A DNA stretch of 61,390 nt from Candidatus Nomurabacteria bacterium (GCA_943359475.1 CALRHK010000002.1:1-61390), one strand, 5' to 3'; positions 45,310 to 55,869 are shown, counted from the stretch's first letter. Translations and numbers: made by a program. Notes: generated from the sequence alone by a model not told the origin.

Positions 45310-46459
45310 GGAGGCGTAGTGACACTAGTATACCTAACCAGACCACAAAGCCAAGCACCACGAAAAGCGATTGATAGGGGAGTTTAATAAGGAGAAGGCT
45401 CGCGATAAGTGGAGCAACTGTATACGCAATGGGTCCAGTATCACGAAAAACACTAATAAGATTAGTATTTTTATCACTTATTTTTTTAAAGAAATAAATT
45501 TCAGTCATACTTTCAATCATTGATGCACCTACGCGTGTCATGAAAAGTACAAAACCCCACGCAAGTAGTGGTGCATCAAAATGAAGTGTTCCAAAAATAA
45601 TCGTGGTTGTTCCAGCTATTGCAAAACCAAGGAGTAGTATTTCTTTCTCCCCAAAATACTTGTCAGCTAAAGCACCAAGAGGATACTCAAATAATATAAA
45701 GGGCAAAAGCATAATAGTAAAAATAATACCTATTTGATCCCAACCAAAACCAACAACATTGTGTAGATAGAGAGGTGCATAAATCACCATCCATGCATAA
45801 AAGAACTGCAGAATAAAGTTTGCTGCAATTGCTCGCTCAATGTCTTTATTTTTGTGGACTAGAGTAAGAGATCGAAAGACTGGCATTCGTACATAACGGG
45901 CATCTTTGTAGTCTTTGCAGGTGCGCCCAATCACAAAACCACCAAAAAGGAGGTACGTAAATGAAATACCGTAGAGTGCAGAATATCCTAAATTCGTCGC
46001 AATATATCCAGCCAAGAGTGGTGTGCCAACCCATGCGAGGTTTACGAGGGTTAGATAGAGCCCGCGACTGTGACCGAGAGTACTTCGTTTTGCATAATGT
46101 TCGACGAAAATATCAGTAGAAAAGATTATTAAGTTATTTGCACAAAGATACAGGATGAATGCGATAATTGTAACGAGTGGCGCAATACCAATACCAACGA
46201 GGAATAAACATGCTCCAGAGAAGATATACAAGCCAAGGGTGGTACGATAATTGCCAAAACGACTGGTGACTTTAGGAATAAAAGAAAGACCAAAGAGTGT
46301 GATGAATGAACCGATAGAATAGAGGACACCAACAATCTGATTAGAAATTGCAGTACTTAAGTATGTCGAATTTACGTACGCAGTAAGTGCCTGGTGCGTT
46401 GAAAATAAAAATGTTGCAAGATAAACAAAAAGGAGCGGATTTCCTGTGCGTCGCTTCAT
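45296..46459 (-). CDS. MFS transporter
   Basis: 387 aa, about 12 TMs. The stop overlaps the downstream pseudouridine synthase start by 14 nt. Confidence 0.75.
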   Translation of the reverse strand: MKRRTGNPLLFVYLATFLFSTHQALTAYVNSTYLSTAISNQIVGVLYSIGSFITLFGLSFIPKVTSRFGNYRTTLGLYIFSGACLFLVGIGIAPLVTIIAFILYLCANNLIIFSTDIFVEHYAKRSTLGHSRGLYLTLVNLAWVGTPLLAGYIATNLGYSALYGISFTYLLFGGFVIGRTCKDYKDARYVRMPVFRSLTLVHKNKDIERAIAANFILQFFYAWMVIYAPLYLHNVVGFGWDQIGIIFTIMLLPFILFEYPLGALADKYFGEKEILLLGFAIAGTTTIIFGTLHFDAPLLAWGFVLFMTRVGASMIESMTEIYFFKKISDKNTNLISVFRDTGPIAYTVAPLIASLLLIKLPYQSLFVVLGFVVWLGILVSLRLHDTK

Positions 46460-46580
46460 TACATTTAGTATATGCTATTTTTTTAAAATACAGTGGGGAA
46501 AGTTCAAAAAAGTTTTTCCTTGACATACCCCCCCATGGACAGGATACCATTGGTGTATTACTAGAATTAAATATTTACAA

Positions 46581-47126
46581 ATGGAAAATAAAAATATTAC
46601 ACTGATTGCGCTTGCAATGCTTGTAATTGGACTCATTGTTGGGTATCTCGTAAAAGCAAATGTGGCCATAAAAAATCAGGGTGCTGCTGCAACTGATTCA
46701 CTTACGGCTGATTCTACGCTTGGCGATGCTCGTGTTGCTTATTTTACTGAAGACATAACCCCAGAAGCAAAAGAGTTTGCAGCAAGGGTAGAAACTTTTT
46801 TTAATTCACAAAAGACGTTTGATGAAAAAGCATACCAAACTTTTCTCGAAGGTAATGGTTCAAAAATGGTAAGCCAAAAAGTGCTTGATGCAGAGAAAGC
46901 ACTCGATGCTGCTATTGTTACAGATCTCGGGCATGATCCAAATGACCCAATTTATTTAGAAAATGGCGGTGCACTTTGGAGATGTCATCAAGAAGTAAGA
47001 ATCGGGGCAACTCTCTCTGTCTCTAATTTTTACCATCCATCGAACATTTCTGGACGTACTTCGGGTGATGGGTGGCGTATTGATACATTTTGTCGTCGAG
47101 TTTCAAGAGCTGGTGCATTTGACTAA
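46581..47126 (+). CDS. Hypothetical membrane-anchored protein
   Basis: N-terminal TM LIALAMLVIGLIVGYLV. No recognisable domain. Confidence 0.45.
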   Translation: MENKNITLIALAMLVIGLIVGYLVKANVAIKNQGAAATDSLTADSTLGDARVAYFTEDITPEAKEFAARVETFFNSQKTFDEKAYQTFLEGNGSKMVSQKVLDAEKALDAAIVTDLGHDPNDPIYLENGGALWRCHQEVRIGATLSVSNFYHPSNISGRTSGDGWRIDTFCRRVSRAGAFD

Positions 47127-47137
47127 AATAGCACATT

Positions 47138-47165
47138 AAAAAACCTCCTTAGTTGGAGGTTTTTT
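47138..47165. terminator. Bidirectional intrinsic terminator
   Basis: A6-CCTCC-TTAGTT-GGAGG-T6, between convergent genes. Confidence 0.75.
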
Positions 47166-47170
47166 AATGT

Positions 47171-49189
47171 CTAAACGGAAAGTATCACTGGGATCACGAG
47201 GGGTCGTTTTGCGGTTTTTTGGAAGAGGAATTTTGAGGCTGCATCTCCGACCGCTGCTTTTACAAAATCAAAATTGATTGGGTTTTGGTTTCGCGTTGCG
47301 TCCTCGACAGTTTTTTTAATGAGTAGTCGCGCTTGTCGCAAAAGTTCTTGATTTTCTTTCAAATAAACGAAGCCACGAGATATAAGATCGGGTGATTTAC
47401 GAAGTTTACCATTGGAAGTATCGACTGTTGCAATAATAACGAACATGCCATCTTGAGCAAGCATCTGGCGGTCGCGAATAACAACTTCTTGCTCATCGCC
47501 AATTGAAAATCCATCAACCATCATGACGCCGGATGGAGCTTTTTCTTGTCGGACAACAATATTTTTTCCTTCGTTTACAATTTCGATGATTGAACCGTTG
47601 TCGGGAACTACAATATTTTCTTCAGGTACGCCAGTTTCCATTGCAAGGCGCTTGTGGGACTGAAGCATATGGTGGTGTCCGTGGATTGGAATGAAAAACC
47701 GCTCGTGGACTTTTTTGTGGAGCCATCGGATATCTTCTTTGTTGCCGTGACCTGTTGCGTGAATATAGTCTTCACCTGCAGTACGATAGGTAATGATTTT
47801 TACACCTTGGCGAGCGAGGCCATCTTTCATTTTTGCTACTGCGATTTCATTACCTGGCACAATTGATGCTGAAAGGATGATAGTATCACCCTTTTGGAGC
47901 TTAAATTTACGATGGGTTTTGTTTGCAGCACGATTAAGAGCAGCAAATTCTTCACCCTGGGCACCAGTCATTAGAATGATGAGTCTATCTGGAGGATAGT
48001 TCTCCATTTCATCAACAGAGATAATAGTGCCTTTTTTGGGTTCTGCAAGACCAGCTTCAATAACAGTATCGATGTTATTTTTCATTGAGCGTCCTTCAAT
48101 AACAATTTTTTTATTAAACTGCTCTGCGATATGGATAATTTTGACGAGGCGTGTGATGTGCGATGCAAAGGCCGCAATGATAATACGCCCACCTTTGTTT
48201 TCACTAATGAGTCGCTCGAGTCCTTGATGCACTTTGATTTCAGGAAGCGCAAAACCCTCGTTTTCAATATTGGTCGAGTCAGTCATGAGGAGCAACACGT
48301 TTGCGTTATCGAAAATCGCATACTCCTTTTCTTCAGAAGGCGTAACAATGCCATCAATTTGATCAAGTTTATAATCGCCAGGGTTAATGATCCATCCGTA
48401 GGGAGTATCTACAATGATACCCATTGAGTCTGGGATTGTGTGTGTGACGCCCCAAAACTTTATTTTGATACTACCGAATGTGATTGTTTGATCTTTTTCC
48501 ACGATGTGGGCATTCAATGGGGGAAGGTGAGGGAATTCTGCCTGACGTTTTTTCATGAGGAGCACAGAAAGATTTCGAGAATAAACAGGAGGATTACCAA
48601 TTCGAGAAAGTACAAGTGGTACACCACCGATATGATCAAGGTGTCCGTGGGTAATAATGAGTGCTCGAATCTTGTCCTTACGTTCTTCAAGATAGCGAGT
48701 ATTTGGAATTATATAGTCGATTCCAGGTGTATCCTCTTTTGCAAATTCCATTCCAGCATCAATCACCACAATATCTTCAGCAGTTTCAATTACTGTCATG
48801 TTTTTACCGATTTCTTCAACGCCACCAAGGGGGATAATACGAATTACTCCTGGTGCAACTGGGGGGATATGGGAAGTAATTTTTGGTTTCTCGGGGGTGT
48901 GTTCAGGGCGTGGTTCGTTGCCTGGAATTGCTGATTTACGCATAACTCGGGTTTTTTGGCGTCCACCAAAATCCCGGAATTGATAGCTTCCTGCGCGGTG
49001 TGTTCGTTTTGTGCCACCACCTGCTACGGTACTGTGAGGGGATTTTCTGGCTGGGCGACTACTAGTATTGCGTTGTTGGTGTCGTCCAGGAACATCAACA
49101 GGACGTTGCTGGTCCTTGTTTGCTATATGTGGGCGACGTGGTGCGTGAGAGCCTCCGGTACCTGGGGTAAAATCTTTTTCTGGTTTCAT
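47171..49189 (-). CDS. rnj: Ribonuclease J (metallo-beta-lactamase / beta-CASP) with basic N-terminal extension
   Basis: ITHGHLDHIGG (HxHxDH), beta-CASP region and an RNase J C-terminal domain. About 110 N-terminal residues rich in R/P/G/K precede the catalytic core. Confidence 0.88.
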   Translation of the reverse strand: MKPEKDFTPGTGGSHAPRRPHIANKDQQRPVDVPGRHQQRNTSSRPARKSPHSTVAGGGTKRTHRAGSYQFRDFGGRQKTRVMRKSAIPGNEPRPEHTPEKPKITSHIPPVAPGVIRIIPLGGVEEIGKNMTVIETAEDIVVIDAGMEFAKEDTPGIDYIIPNTRYLEERKDKIRALIITHGHLDHIGGVPLVLSRIGNPPVYSRNLSVLLMKKRQAEFPHLPPLNAHIVEKDQTITFGSIKIKFWGVTHTIPDSMGIIVDTPYGWIINPGDYKLDQIDGIVTPSEEKEYAIFDNANVLLLMTDSTNIENEGFALPEIKVHQGLERLISENKGGRIIIAAFASHITRLVKIIHIAEQFNKKIVIEGRSMKNNIDTVIEAGLAEPKKGTIISVDEMENYPPDRLIILMTGAQGEEFAALNRAANKTHRKFKLQKGDTIILSASIVPGNEIAVAKMKDGLARQGVKIITYRTAGEDYIHATGHGNKEDIRWLHKKVHERFFIPIHGHHHMLQSHKRLAMETGVPEENIVVPDNGSIIEIVNEGKNIVVRQEKAPSGVMMVDGFSIGDEQEVVIRDRQMLAQDGMFVIIATVDTSNGKLRKSPDLISRGFVYLKENQELLRQARLLIKKTVEDATRNQNPINFDFVKAAVGDAASKFLFQKTAKRPLVIPVILSV

Positions 49190-49205
49190 AATGTGATACT
49201 AGTTG

Positions 49206-50975
49206 TTAATCAATAGCGACTTCGTTGCGTGGAAGGAAAAAATTCCATACATAGTCTTTTTCAATATACCAATCGGTGATAGTTGAAAATCTATCCGATG
49301 GTAATGTAAGCGCACCCAGGGACTGGCTGGATACATCTTTTTTTGTAACGTAAATAAATTGTGGCGAATAGACAAAGATAGCAGGTAAGTCATTTTTTAT
49401 TTCTTCTTCGAACTGGATAAACTTTTGATTACGAGCAGTTTCGTCAAGAGTAGTTAAAGCACTTTCGAGCAGCTTGTCTGTTTTAGGATTTGCATACATT
49501 GCAATATTAAGACCAGGGTCATTGCGTTGTGATGAGTGCCAAAATGCCATCAGATCTGATTCGTGCGTGACTACTTGCCCAAAAAAGAGTGCATCATATT
49601 TTCGTGTACGAATTACATTTTGATTGAGCGTACCAATTTCGAATACTTTTGTTTCCACTTCAGCTCCAATACTACGTAAGTTGTCTTCAATTATTTTTGC
49701 AGCACCACGGAGTTCTGGTGAGTCACCTGTCGCAATAGAAAAATGTAAGCGAACGGCAGTCTTCCCAGAGCCTTTTATGAGTACTCCATCGGGTCCCATT
49801 TTCCACCCATCCTTAGTAAGAATTTCTGTAGCTTGAGTTGGGTTATAAATATTTTCAATACTTGCCGTATCACCACTAATAACATTGTTGTCTAAAAGGT
49901 GTGGAGGAATTGGGCTAGCAAGCATTACACCATATCCAGAGAGTACTTCCTCAATAATTTTTTGTTTATCTATTGCGACATTAAATGCCTGTATTACTTT
50001 TTTATCAGTAAAAATTTTATTTTCATTTTGGTTAAAAAAGAGACCAAAAACACGAGGGAGCACAGTTGTTTTTATTTCATAACCAGACTGTGCGAGTTCG
50101 TGCGCATGTTCGGGCGAGATTGCGTTTACTTGGGCCACCTCACCACTCTGGAGCGCACGGAGTAGGTCTTTCTCGTTTGAATAAAAATGAATCGCGAGTC
50201 GGCGTATGTGTGCAGGATTGTTAGCATAGTTCGTGAAAGGCGAAAGTGTATATATTCCAGGAATACCAGAAGATTTGCGTGTAATATCATGTATTTTATA
50301 TGGCCCTGAACCTATAGCATTAATATTCCAGTCACTAAATGAGAATTCGTCTGGCCCTACGTTTTTCCAAATATGAGAGGGAAGAATACCGAGTGTTAGG
50401 TTTTCAATAAAGGGAGCATAGGGTTTCTTTAGTTCAAAGGCAACGGTCATCTCATCAACTTTTCGAATAAGTACCCCTTCCCAGTTTACTCGTTTGGGGC
50501 TTTTGATTAACGGGTCTGTTGCCTCGGTAATAGTGTAAATAACATCGTCAGCAGTTACTGGAACACCATCATGGAACACCGCATTACTTTTTATACGTAC
50601 TGTATATACAAGACCGTTTGGGGAAACTGAGAAATCTTCTGCAAGATCAGGGACAATTTCTCCACGCTCGTCACGCTTCATTAGACCAGAATAAATGAGT
50701 GAGGTAAGATCGCGATCTGCATCAGAGACAGCAAGTAGTGGATTGATAAAACGAGGTGTACCAATAATACCTTCGTCAATTTTGCCCCCGTACGCGGGGA
50801 TAGCGACAAGAAATTTATTATTGATTTCCGCAAGCATTATAACCGTAGAGACCAATAGGCCAGCACAAAAGATCCAAAAAAGTAATAGTTGGCGCTCTTT
50901 AAATGAACGAATTGCAATCTTGAGTTGTAATTTAAACGCTGTAAAAAAACTCTTTTCAGCGTGTGAAGTATCCAT
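49206..50975 (-). CDS. ABC transporter substrate-binding protein, family 5 (Opp/Dpp-like), membrane-anchored
   Basis: N-terminal TM. The SBP_bac_5 pattern is PRFINPLL...LIYSGLMKRD..GEIVPDLAE...TVRIKSNAVFHDGVPVTADDV. No permease or ATPase gene is adjacent. Confidence 0.75.
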   Translation of the reverse strand: MDTSHAEKSFFTAFKLQLKIAIRSFKERQLLLFWIFCAGLLVSTVIMLAEINNKFLVAIPAYGGKIDEGIIGTPRFINPLLAVSDADRDLTSLIYSGLMKRDERGEIVPDLAEDFSVSPNGLVYTVRIKSNAVFHDGVPVTADDVIYTITEATDPLIKSPKRVNWEGVLIRKVDEMTVAFELKKPYAPFIENLTLGILPSHIWKNVGPDEFSFSDWNINAIGSGPYKIHDITRKSSGIPGIYTLSPFTNYANNPAHIRRLAIHFYSNEKDLLRALQSGEVAQVNAISPEHAHELAQSGYEIKTTVLPRVFGLFFNQNENKIFTDKKVIQAFNVAIDKQKIIEEVLSGYGVMLASPIPPHLLDNNVISGDTASIENIYNPTQATEILTKDGWKMGPDGVLIKGSGKTAVRLHFSIATGDSPELRGAAKIIEDNLRSIGAEVETKVFEIGTLNQNVIRTRKYDALFFGQVVTHESDLMAFWHSSQRNDPGLNIAMYANPKTDKLLESALTTLDETARNQKFIQFEEEIKNDLPAIFVYSPQFIYVTKKDVSSQSLGALTLPSDRFSTITDWYIEKDYVWNFFLPRNEVAID

Positions 50976-51016
50976 AATAAGTTAAATAATATGAAAGAGA
51001 GCGGGATTGCTCGCTT

Positions 51017-51247
51017 TTATCGAGAGACGGCTATGAGTGCTGAAGCAGCAAGAAGAATTGCTGAAACAATAGTGAGGTAAAAGAGAAATTTCTCAAAACC
51101 ACGGCGTGTATAGTATGAACCCGAACCATCGCCACCCCCAAATGCTCCACCTACACCAGCACCTGTTTGCTGGAGAAGTATTGAAACAATAAGCACTATA
51201 GAGAGAGTTAGTTCGACATACGGTAGAATCCGAAAGATAGTCGTCAT
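51017..51247 (-). CDS. secG: Preprotein translocase subunit SecG
   Basis: LLQQTGAGVGGAFGGGDGS...YTRRGFEKFLF is the SecG signature. Start trimmed to ATG 51247 (76 aa). Confidence 0.8.
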   Translation of the reverse strand: MTTIFRILPYVELTLSIVLIVSILLQQTGAGVGGAFGGGDGSGSYYTRRGFEKFLFYLTIVSAILLAASALIAVSR

Positions 51248-51468
51248 GAGGATGAGTATATCAAAATAAACAAAAAAGGCAAGTAGCGAAAAGCAATACA
51301 AGTAACTTAAAAGTCTTCTTGTTTTTATGGAGTCATACAAGCCAAGTGTGGATAACTCGCATTAAAAAATATTGTGACAACGAGAATTCAAGGTACAATA
51401 TGTTGTATAGTCAGATTTCTCTTTTCGAGAGAGAAATAATTAATAGTTGTGTGAAGTAATTTTTTTCT

Positions 51469-54400
51469 ATGCAAAAAAAATCAAGTGCACTGCTCGTCGT
51501 GCTTGGTATCATTATTGTAATAGGCCTTGGTTTCATGGTACTCAACAAGGCAGCTGTTGATGAAGATACACAATCAGCGCAAGCAACCGGCAGTCCTCTT
51601 ATAAGTAATGTCCAGGTGACAAACATTAGCACCACTGGTGCTACGGTGACATGGACGACAGATACACCATCATCGACCCAAGTTCGTTATCGTCGTAGTG
51701 GGACTTCGACTTGGACAAACACGCCAAGTACGCCAGCGGATAATCCGATGACTGGTGCTGGTGTTACGTCGCACTCTGTGGTTTTGAGCGGTCTTACTGC
51801 AAATAAGACATATCAATACCGCCCAAAGTCATGTTTTAACCCTTCACAAGGTACAAGTTGTCGTGTTGTTGGTGTAAATCCTACACTTACTTTTACCACG
51901 CTTGCAACTGGTGGTACTGATACAACCCCACCTACGTATGTAGGAAACTTGAGTGCAACTAATATTACTACTACAACACTTACGCTTACATGGACGGCTG
52001 CAACAGATGCGAGTGGTATACATGCTTATGACATATATAAGAATGGTACCTATATTGGTTCAGCAGCTGGTACTGCTACTTCATATAATGTAACTGGTCT
52101 TACTGCAAACACTGCATATACATTTATTGTGCAACCGTACGATAATGCAAGCCCAGCAAACTATGCTACTGGCAATCCAAGTATTACCGTAACGACACTT
52201 TCATCAACAACCGATACTGTTGCACCTAATACTGTAACAGGTCTCGTTGCATCAAATATTACCTCTACATCATTTACCTTGAGTTGGTCAGCAGCAGTTG
52301 ATCCAACACCATCAAGTGGTATTCGAAACTATGAAGTCTATGGTCCAAACCAGGGTTCATGTAGCACGAATGGTTCAGCGGGATATTGTGGTGTTACAAC
52401 TGGTACTAGTCTCAACATCACTGGCTTAACGGCAGGTACTTACAGTGGAACTACTGGCAATAATGCTGGCTTTACTGTAATTGCATACGATAATGCAAGT
52501 AATCACTCGACCCCATCAGCTCGTCTTTCGGTCACACTTTCTACTGGTACAGCAACAGATACAACTGCACCAACATCTTCAGTTACTGCAGCAGGTAATG
52601 TTTGGACAAATACAGCAGTGAATAGAGTTATTAGTTGTACAGATAATACAGGTGGAGCAGGGTGTCGCAATTCATACTGGAAGTTTGTAGCAACAAGTAC
52701 AACATGTCCTACTGCTGGATATACTACAGGGGCTAATGCTTCATATTCAGCTGAAGGTCAATGGCGTCTTTGTTTCTATTCTGATGACCTTGCAACTCCA
52801 ACAACAAATACCGAAACCCCTAAGTATACTGAATCATTTAAAATTGATACGACATTACCAACTGCTTCAATTGCAGCACCAACAGGAGGTACTGTTTCAG
52901 GAACAACAACAATTACCGCAAACGCTTCAGATGCACTCTCTGGTATTGCAAGCGTGCAGTTTAAAATTGATGGCGTAAATGTTGGTACACCTGACACTAC
53001 CTCACCATACTCATACTCTTGGAATACCACCACTGCAACAAATGCAACACACACACTCACTGCTGTGGCTCTTGATACTGCAGGCAATAGTGTCACTACT
53101 GGAACCGTTACTGTGACAGTGAATAATGTTGCAACACTTGCAATCACTTCGGGACCAACTACTTCTGGCGTCACTTCTTCGAGCGCAATAATCACATGGA
53201 CAACAAACAATAGCTCAAAGAGCATGATTGCGTATGACAACATGACACACGCAAGTCTTACCAATGCTGCAGTAGCAGCAAATGCAGGTATTGATTATTT
53301 CGCGAGTTTCCCTGGGTCACATCAGTATGATCCAAACATGGTTACTTCACACTCTATGCAACTCTCGGGTCTTGCACCAAGTACGACTTATTACTACCGT
53401 GCACTCTCAACAGACGGAACAACGAATGTTGCTTCTGCTGAAGTTAGCTTCACAACTGCATCTCAGATTGTGGCATCAGCATGGCCAGGAAGCGCAGGGG
53501 TAACATTTGCACAAGATACAGCGTATGAACCATCTGGACTCTACTACGATACAATTGCCGGATATCTCTATTCTGTTGGTGATGGTGGTGGAATTAAAAG
53601 ACACAATGGTAGTACTGGCGCAGTACTCAATACATGGACTCCTGGTGGAAACCTTGAAGGTATTACTGGTACGGGTGTGTACAGCTCTACTGGAGCACCA
53701 TACCTTTATACAGTACAAGAAGATACTGCAAGTACTGTGCGAGAATTCAATCCAGCGACTGGAGCTTTCACTACAAAGTCATGGGCTTTGTCACCAACAA
53801 TGCCAGTAAATATCACATCAAACGCTGGTGCTGAGGGAATTGCATTTGTACCAAACGGATACCATCCATATACAACAAGTTCATCTGGAGGTGTCTTCTA
53901 TGCAAGTTCACAATTAAATGGAAGAATCTACGTATTCGACATCAATCTTGCAACAAGTGGTAGCGTAACAGCACTTGGTTCGTTTGATAACCCAGCTGCA
54001 TCGCTTTGTGGTACAGATATTTCTGATCTCTCATTCTCTCCTGCAACGTCTAAACTCTATGTACTTTGTGATTCTGCAGATGTCGTTGTTGAATTAAACA
54101 TGGCATCAAGTCTCTCCGTACCAACACTTGGTAGTACCTATAACCTTGCAGCACAAACACAAGATGGTGAAGAAGGTTTTGCATTAGTACCAACTTGTAC
54201 TGCAACGACAACGACTGCTTTTGTTGCTCACGATGGTGGTTCAGGAAGCACGGGCAACCTCTTCTATAAGTACACAAACTATCCACAAGCTTGCGTTGGA
54301 GCAACACTAGCTTCCACAATCACAAACCCAGTGACGGGTACTGTTTCAGGAACAATCAACGTTACAGCAAATGCATCAACTACGTCACCAGCGCAAGTCG

Positions 54401-55800
54401 TTGGAGTACAATTTATGCTTGATGGTGTTGCACTCGGTACTGAAGATACTGCTGCGCCATATGCGTATTCGTGGAATACGACAACTGCTTCAGCTGGTGT
54501 TCATACACTTACTGCAGTTGCTCGTGATACAACAGGTCGCACAACAACAAGCGCGACTGTTTCAGTAACCGTAAATAATACACCTGCACTCGCAATTACT
54601 TCTGGACCAACCGCAAGTGCAATAACTACTTCAGGCGCAACTATTGGATGGACAACAAACAATGCTTCAAACAGTCAAGTGAAATATGGTACAACGAGCG
54701 GTAGTTATCCAAACAACTGGCCAGCTTCTCCTGATCCAACAATGACAACTTCGCACTCACTCACGCTGACAGGTCTTAGTTCAGGAACACTTTACTACTA
54801 CGTCGTTGTTTCAAATGATGGAAGTACAAGTGCCCAGTCTGCACAAGCAACATTTACTACCGGTACATCAACTGTTGATCCGGTGATTGTTGCGGCAGGT
54901 GATATTGCAACGAGTTCTGGATACCAAGCTCAGGTTGCAACTTTGATTGCAAGCATCCATAGTGCAACACCACTTTCTGGAGTACTCCAGCTTGGTGATA
55001 TTGCATACAATAGTGGATTACTTTCAGAGTTCAATAATAATTACAATCCTTCATGGGGTGTCACATGGATAAAAAATATCTCGTATCCAGCTCCTGGAAA
55101 TCACGAATACATGGACACTTCTGGCGGTACAAGTGGTGCACAACGCGCAAAAGGATATTTTGACTACTTTAATGGTGTTGGTGTTAACACTGGAATCGCT
55201 GGAAATCGCGGAGAAGGTTGGCATAGTTTCAACATAGGAACATGGCACTTTGCTGGAATGAATTCAAACGAGGCATGCTCGTATATCCCATGTTCTGCTG
55301 GTTCTGCGCAAGAAGTTTGGCTAAGTAATGATCTCACAAACGATACAAGCCTTTGTGATGTTGCATATTGGCACCACCCACGCTGGACATCTGTTGGAGC
55401 AAGTGCGCACTCAAACGCGACACAACTTCAAGATCTTTGGGCTGATGCAGTAAATAAAAATGTAGACATAGTTCTTGTCGGTCACAACCACTTCTATGAG
55501 CGCTTTGCAAAAATGAATGCAAGTGGTGCTGCGAGCGCAACTGGCACACGGGAATTCATTGTAGGAACTGGTGGAACCGAAAATGTTTATGCATCTGGAG
55601 GTTTTACTACAATTGCTGCGAATAGCGAAAAGCGTATCAATACAAGCAATAGCTATAATGGCACGTCGGGTACCTCAGTTGGTGGAGGGTATGGACATGG
55701 AGGTGTGCTTAAACTCACATTGCATCCTTCAAGCTATGACTGGCAATTCATTAATGTAAGCGGTACAGTGCTTGATTCAGGTTCAGATACCTGTCACTAA
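51469..55800 (+). CDS. Giant multidomain surface protein
   Basis: 1443 aa with N-terminal TM. Domain order: FN3 repeats, Cys-rich module, Ig-like, FN3, beta-propeller-like, Ig-like, FN3, calcineurin-like metallophosphoesterase. FN3 signatures: TVTWTTD, LTLTWTAATDASG, FTLSWSAAVDP. Two Ig-like + FN3 cassettes flank a propeller-like segment (EGITGTG, EGIAFVP, GRIYVFD, EEGFALVP). C-terminal motifs: GDIA, GDIAYNSG, GNHEY, VGHNHFYER. Confidence 0.75.
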   Translation: MQKKSSALLVVLGIIIVIGLGFMVLNKAAVDEDTQSAQATGSPLISNVQVTNISTTGATVTWTTDTPSSTQVRYRRSGTSTWTNTPSTPADNPMTGAGVTSHSVVLSGLTANKTYQYRPKSCFNPSQGTSCRVVGVNPTLTFTTLATGGTDTTPPTYVGNLSATNITTTTLTLTWTAATDASGIHAYDIYKNGTYIGSAAGTATSYNVTGLTANTAYTFIVQPYDNASPANYATGNPSITVTTLSSTTDTVAPNTVTGLVASNITSTSFTLSWSAAVDPTPSSGIRNYEVYGPNQGSCSTNGSAGYCGVTTGTSLNITGLTAGTYSGTTGNNAGFTVIAYDNASNHSTPSARLSVTLSTGTATDTTAPTSSVTAAGNVWTNTAVNRVISCTDNTGGAGCRNSYWKFVATSTTCPTAGYTTGANASYSAEGQWRLCFYSDDLATPTTNTETPKYTESFKIDTTLPTASIAAPTGGTVSGTTTITANASDALSGIASVQFKIDGVNVGTPDTTSPYSYSWNTTTATNATHTLTAVALDTAGNSVTTGTVTVTVNNVATLAITSGPTTSGVTSSSAIITWTTNNSSKSMIAYDNMTHASLTNAAVAANAGIDYFASFPGSHQYDPNMVTSHSMQLSGLAPSTTYYYRALSTDGTTNVASAEVSFTTASQIVASAWPGSAGVTFAQDTAYEPSGLYYDTIAGYLYSVGDGGGIKRHNGSTGAVLNTWTPGGNLEGITGTGVYSSTGAPYLYTVQEDTASTVREFNPATGAFTTKSWALSPTMPVNITSNAGAEGIAFVPNGYHPYTTSSSGGVFYASSQLNGRIYVFDINLATSGSVTALGSFDNPAASLCGTDISDLSFSPATSKLYVLCDSADVVVELNMASSLSVPTLGSTYNLAAQTQDGEEGFALVPTCTATTTTAFVAHDGGSGSTGNLFYKYTNYPQACVGATLASTITNPVTGTVSGTINVTANASTTSPAQVVGVQFMLDGVALGTEDTAAPYAYSWNTTTASAGVHTLTAVARDTTGRTTTSATVSVTVNNTPALAITSGPTASAITTSGATIGWTTNNASNSQVKYGTTSGSYPNNWPASPDPTMTTSHSLTLTGLSSGTLYYYVVVSNDGSTSAQSAQATFTTGTSTVDPVIVAAGDIATSSGYQAQVATLIASIHSATPLSGVLQLGDIAYNSGLLSEFNNNYNPSWGVTWIKNISYPAPGNHEYMDTSGGTSGAQRAKGYFDYFNGVGVNTGIAGNRGEGWHSFNIGTWHFAGMNSNEACSYIPCSAGSAQEVWLSNDLTNDTSLCDVAYWHHPRWTSVGASAHSNATQLQDLWADAVNKNVDIVLVGHNHFYERFAKMNASGAASATGTREFIVGTGGTENVYASGGFTTIAANSEKRINTSNSYNGTSGTSVGGGYGHGGVLKLTLHPSSYDWQFINVSGTVLDSGSDTCH

Positions 55801-55822
55801 TTGATAGAGAATAGTTCTACAC

Positions 55823-55845
55823 AAAAAGCCCTCAGGGGCTTTTTG
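55823..55845 (+). terminator. Intrinsic terminator
   Basis: AAAAGCCC-TCAG-GGGCTTTT directly after the giant gene stop. Confidence 0.75.
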
Positions 55846-55869
55846 TGTATGGTATACTTTCCCCAATAT

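Noticed and set aside
51348-51356. Perfect DnaA-box consensus (TGTGGATAA = TTATCCACA) in the secG / giant-gene divergent intergenic region
   Set aside because: It is a single box with no cluster, no AT-rich unwinding element pattern and no dnaA/dnaN nearby. It may be regulatory or chance, but it is not an origin.
52776-53264. Long antisense ORFs inside the giant genes and elsewhere (52776-53264 -, 39048-39485 -, 22683-23096 -, 9766-10095 -)
   Set aside because: They lie fully inside or across strongly supported genes on the opposite strand. Their products are low-complexity Val/Thr/Ser-rich mirror translations, typical shadow ORFs.
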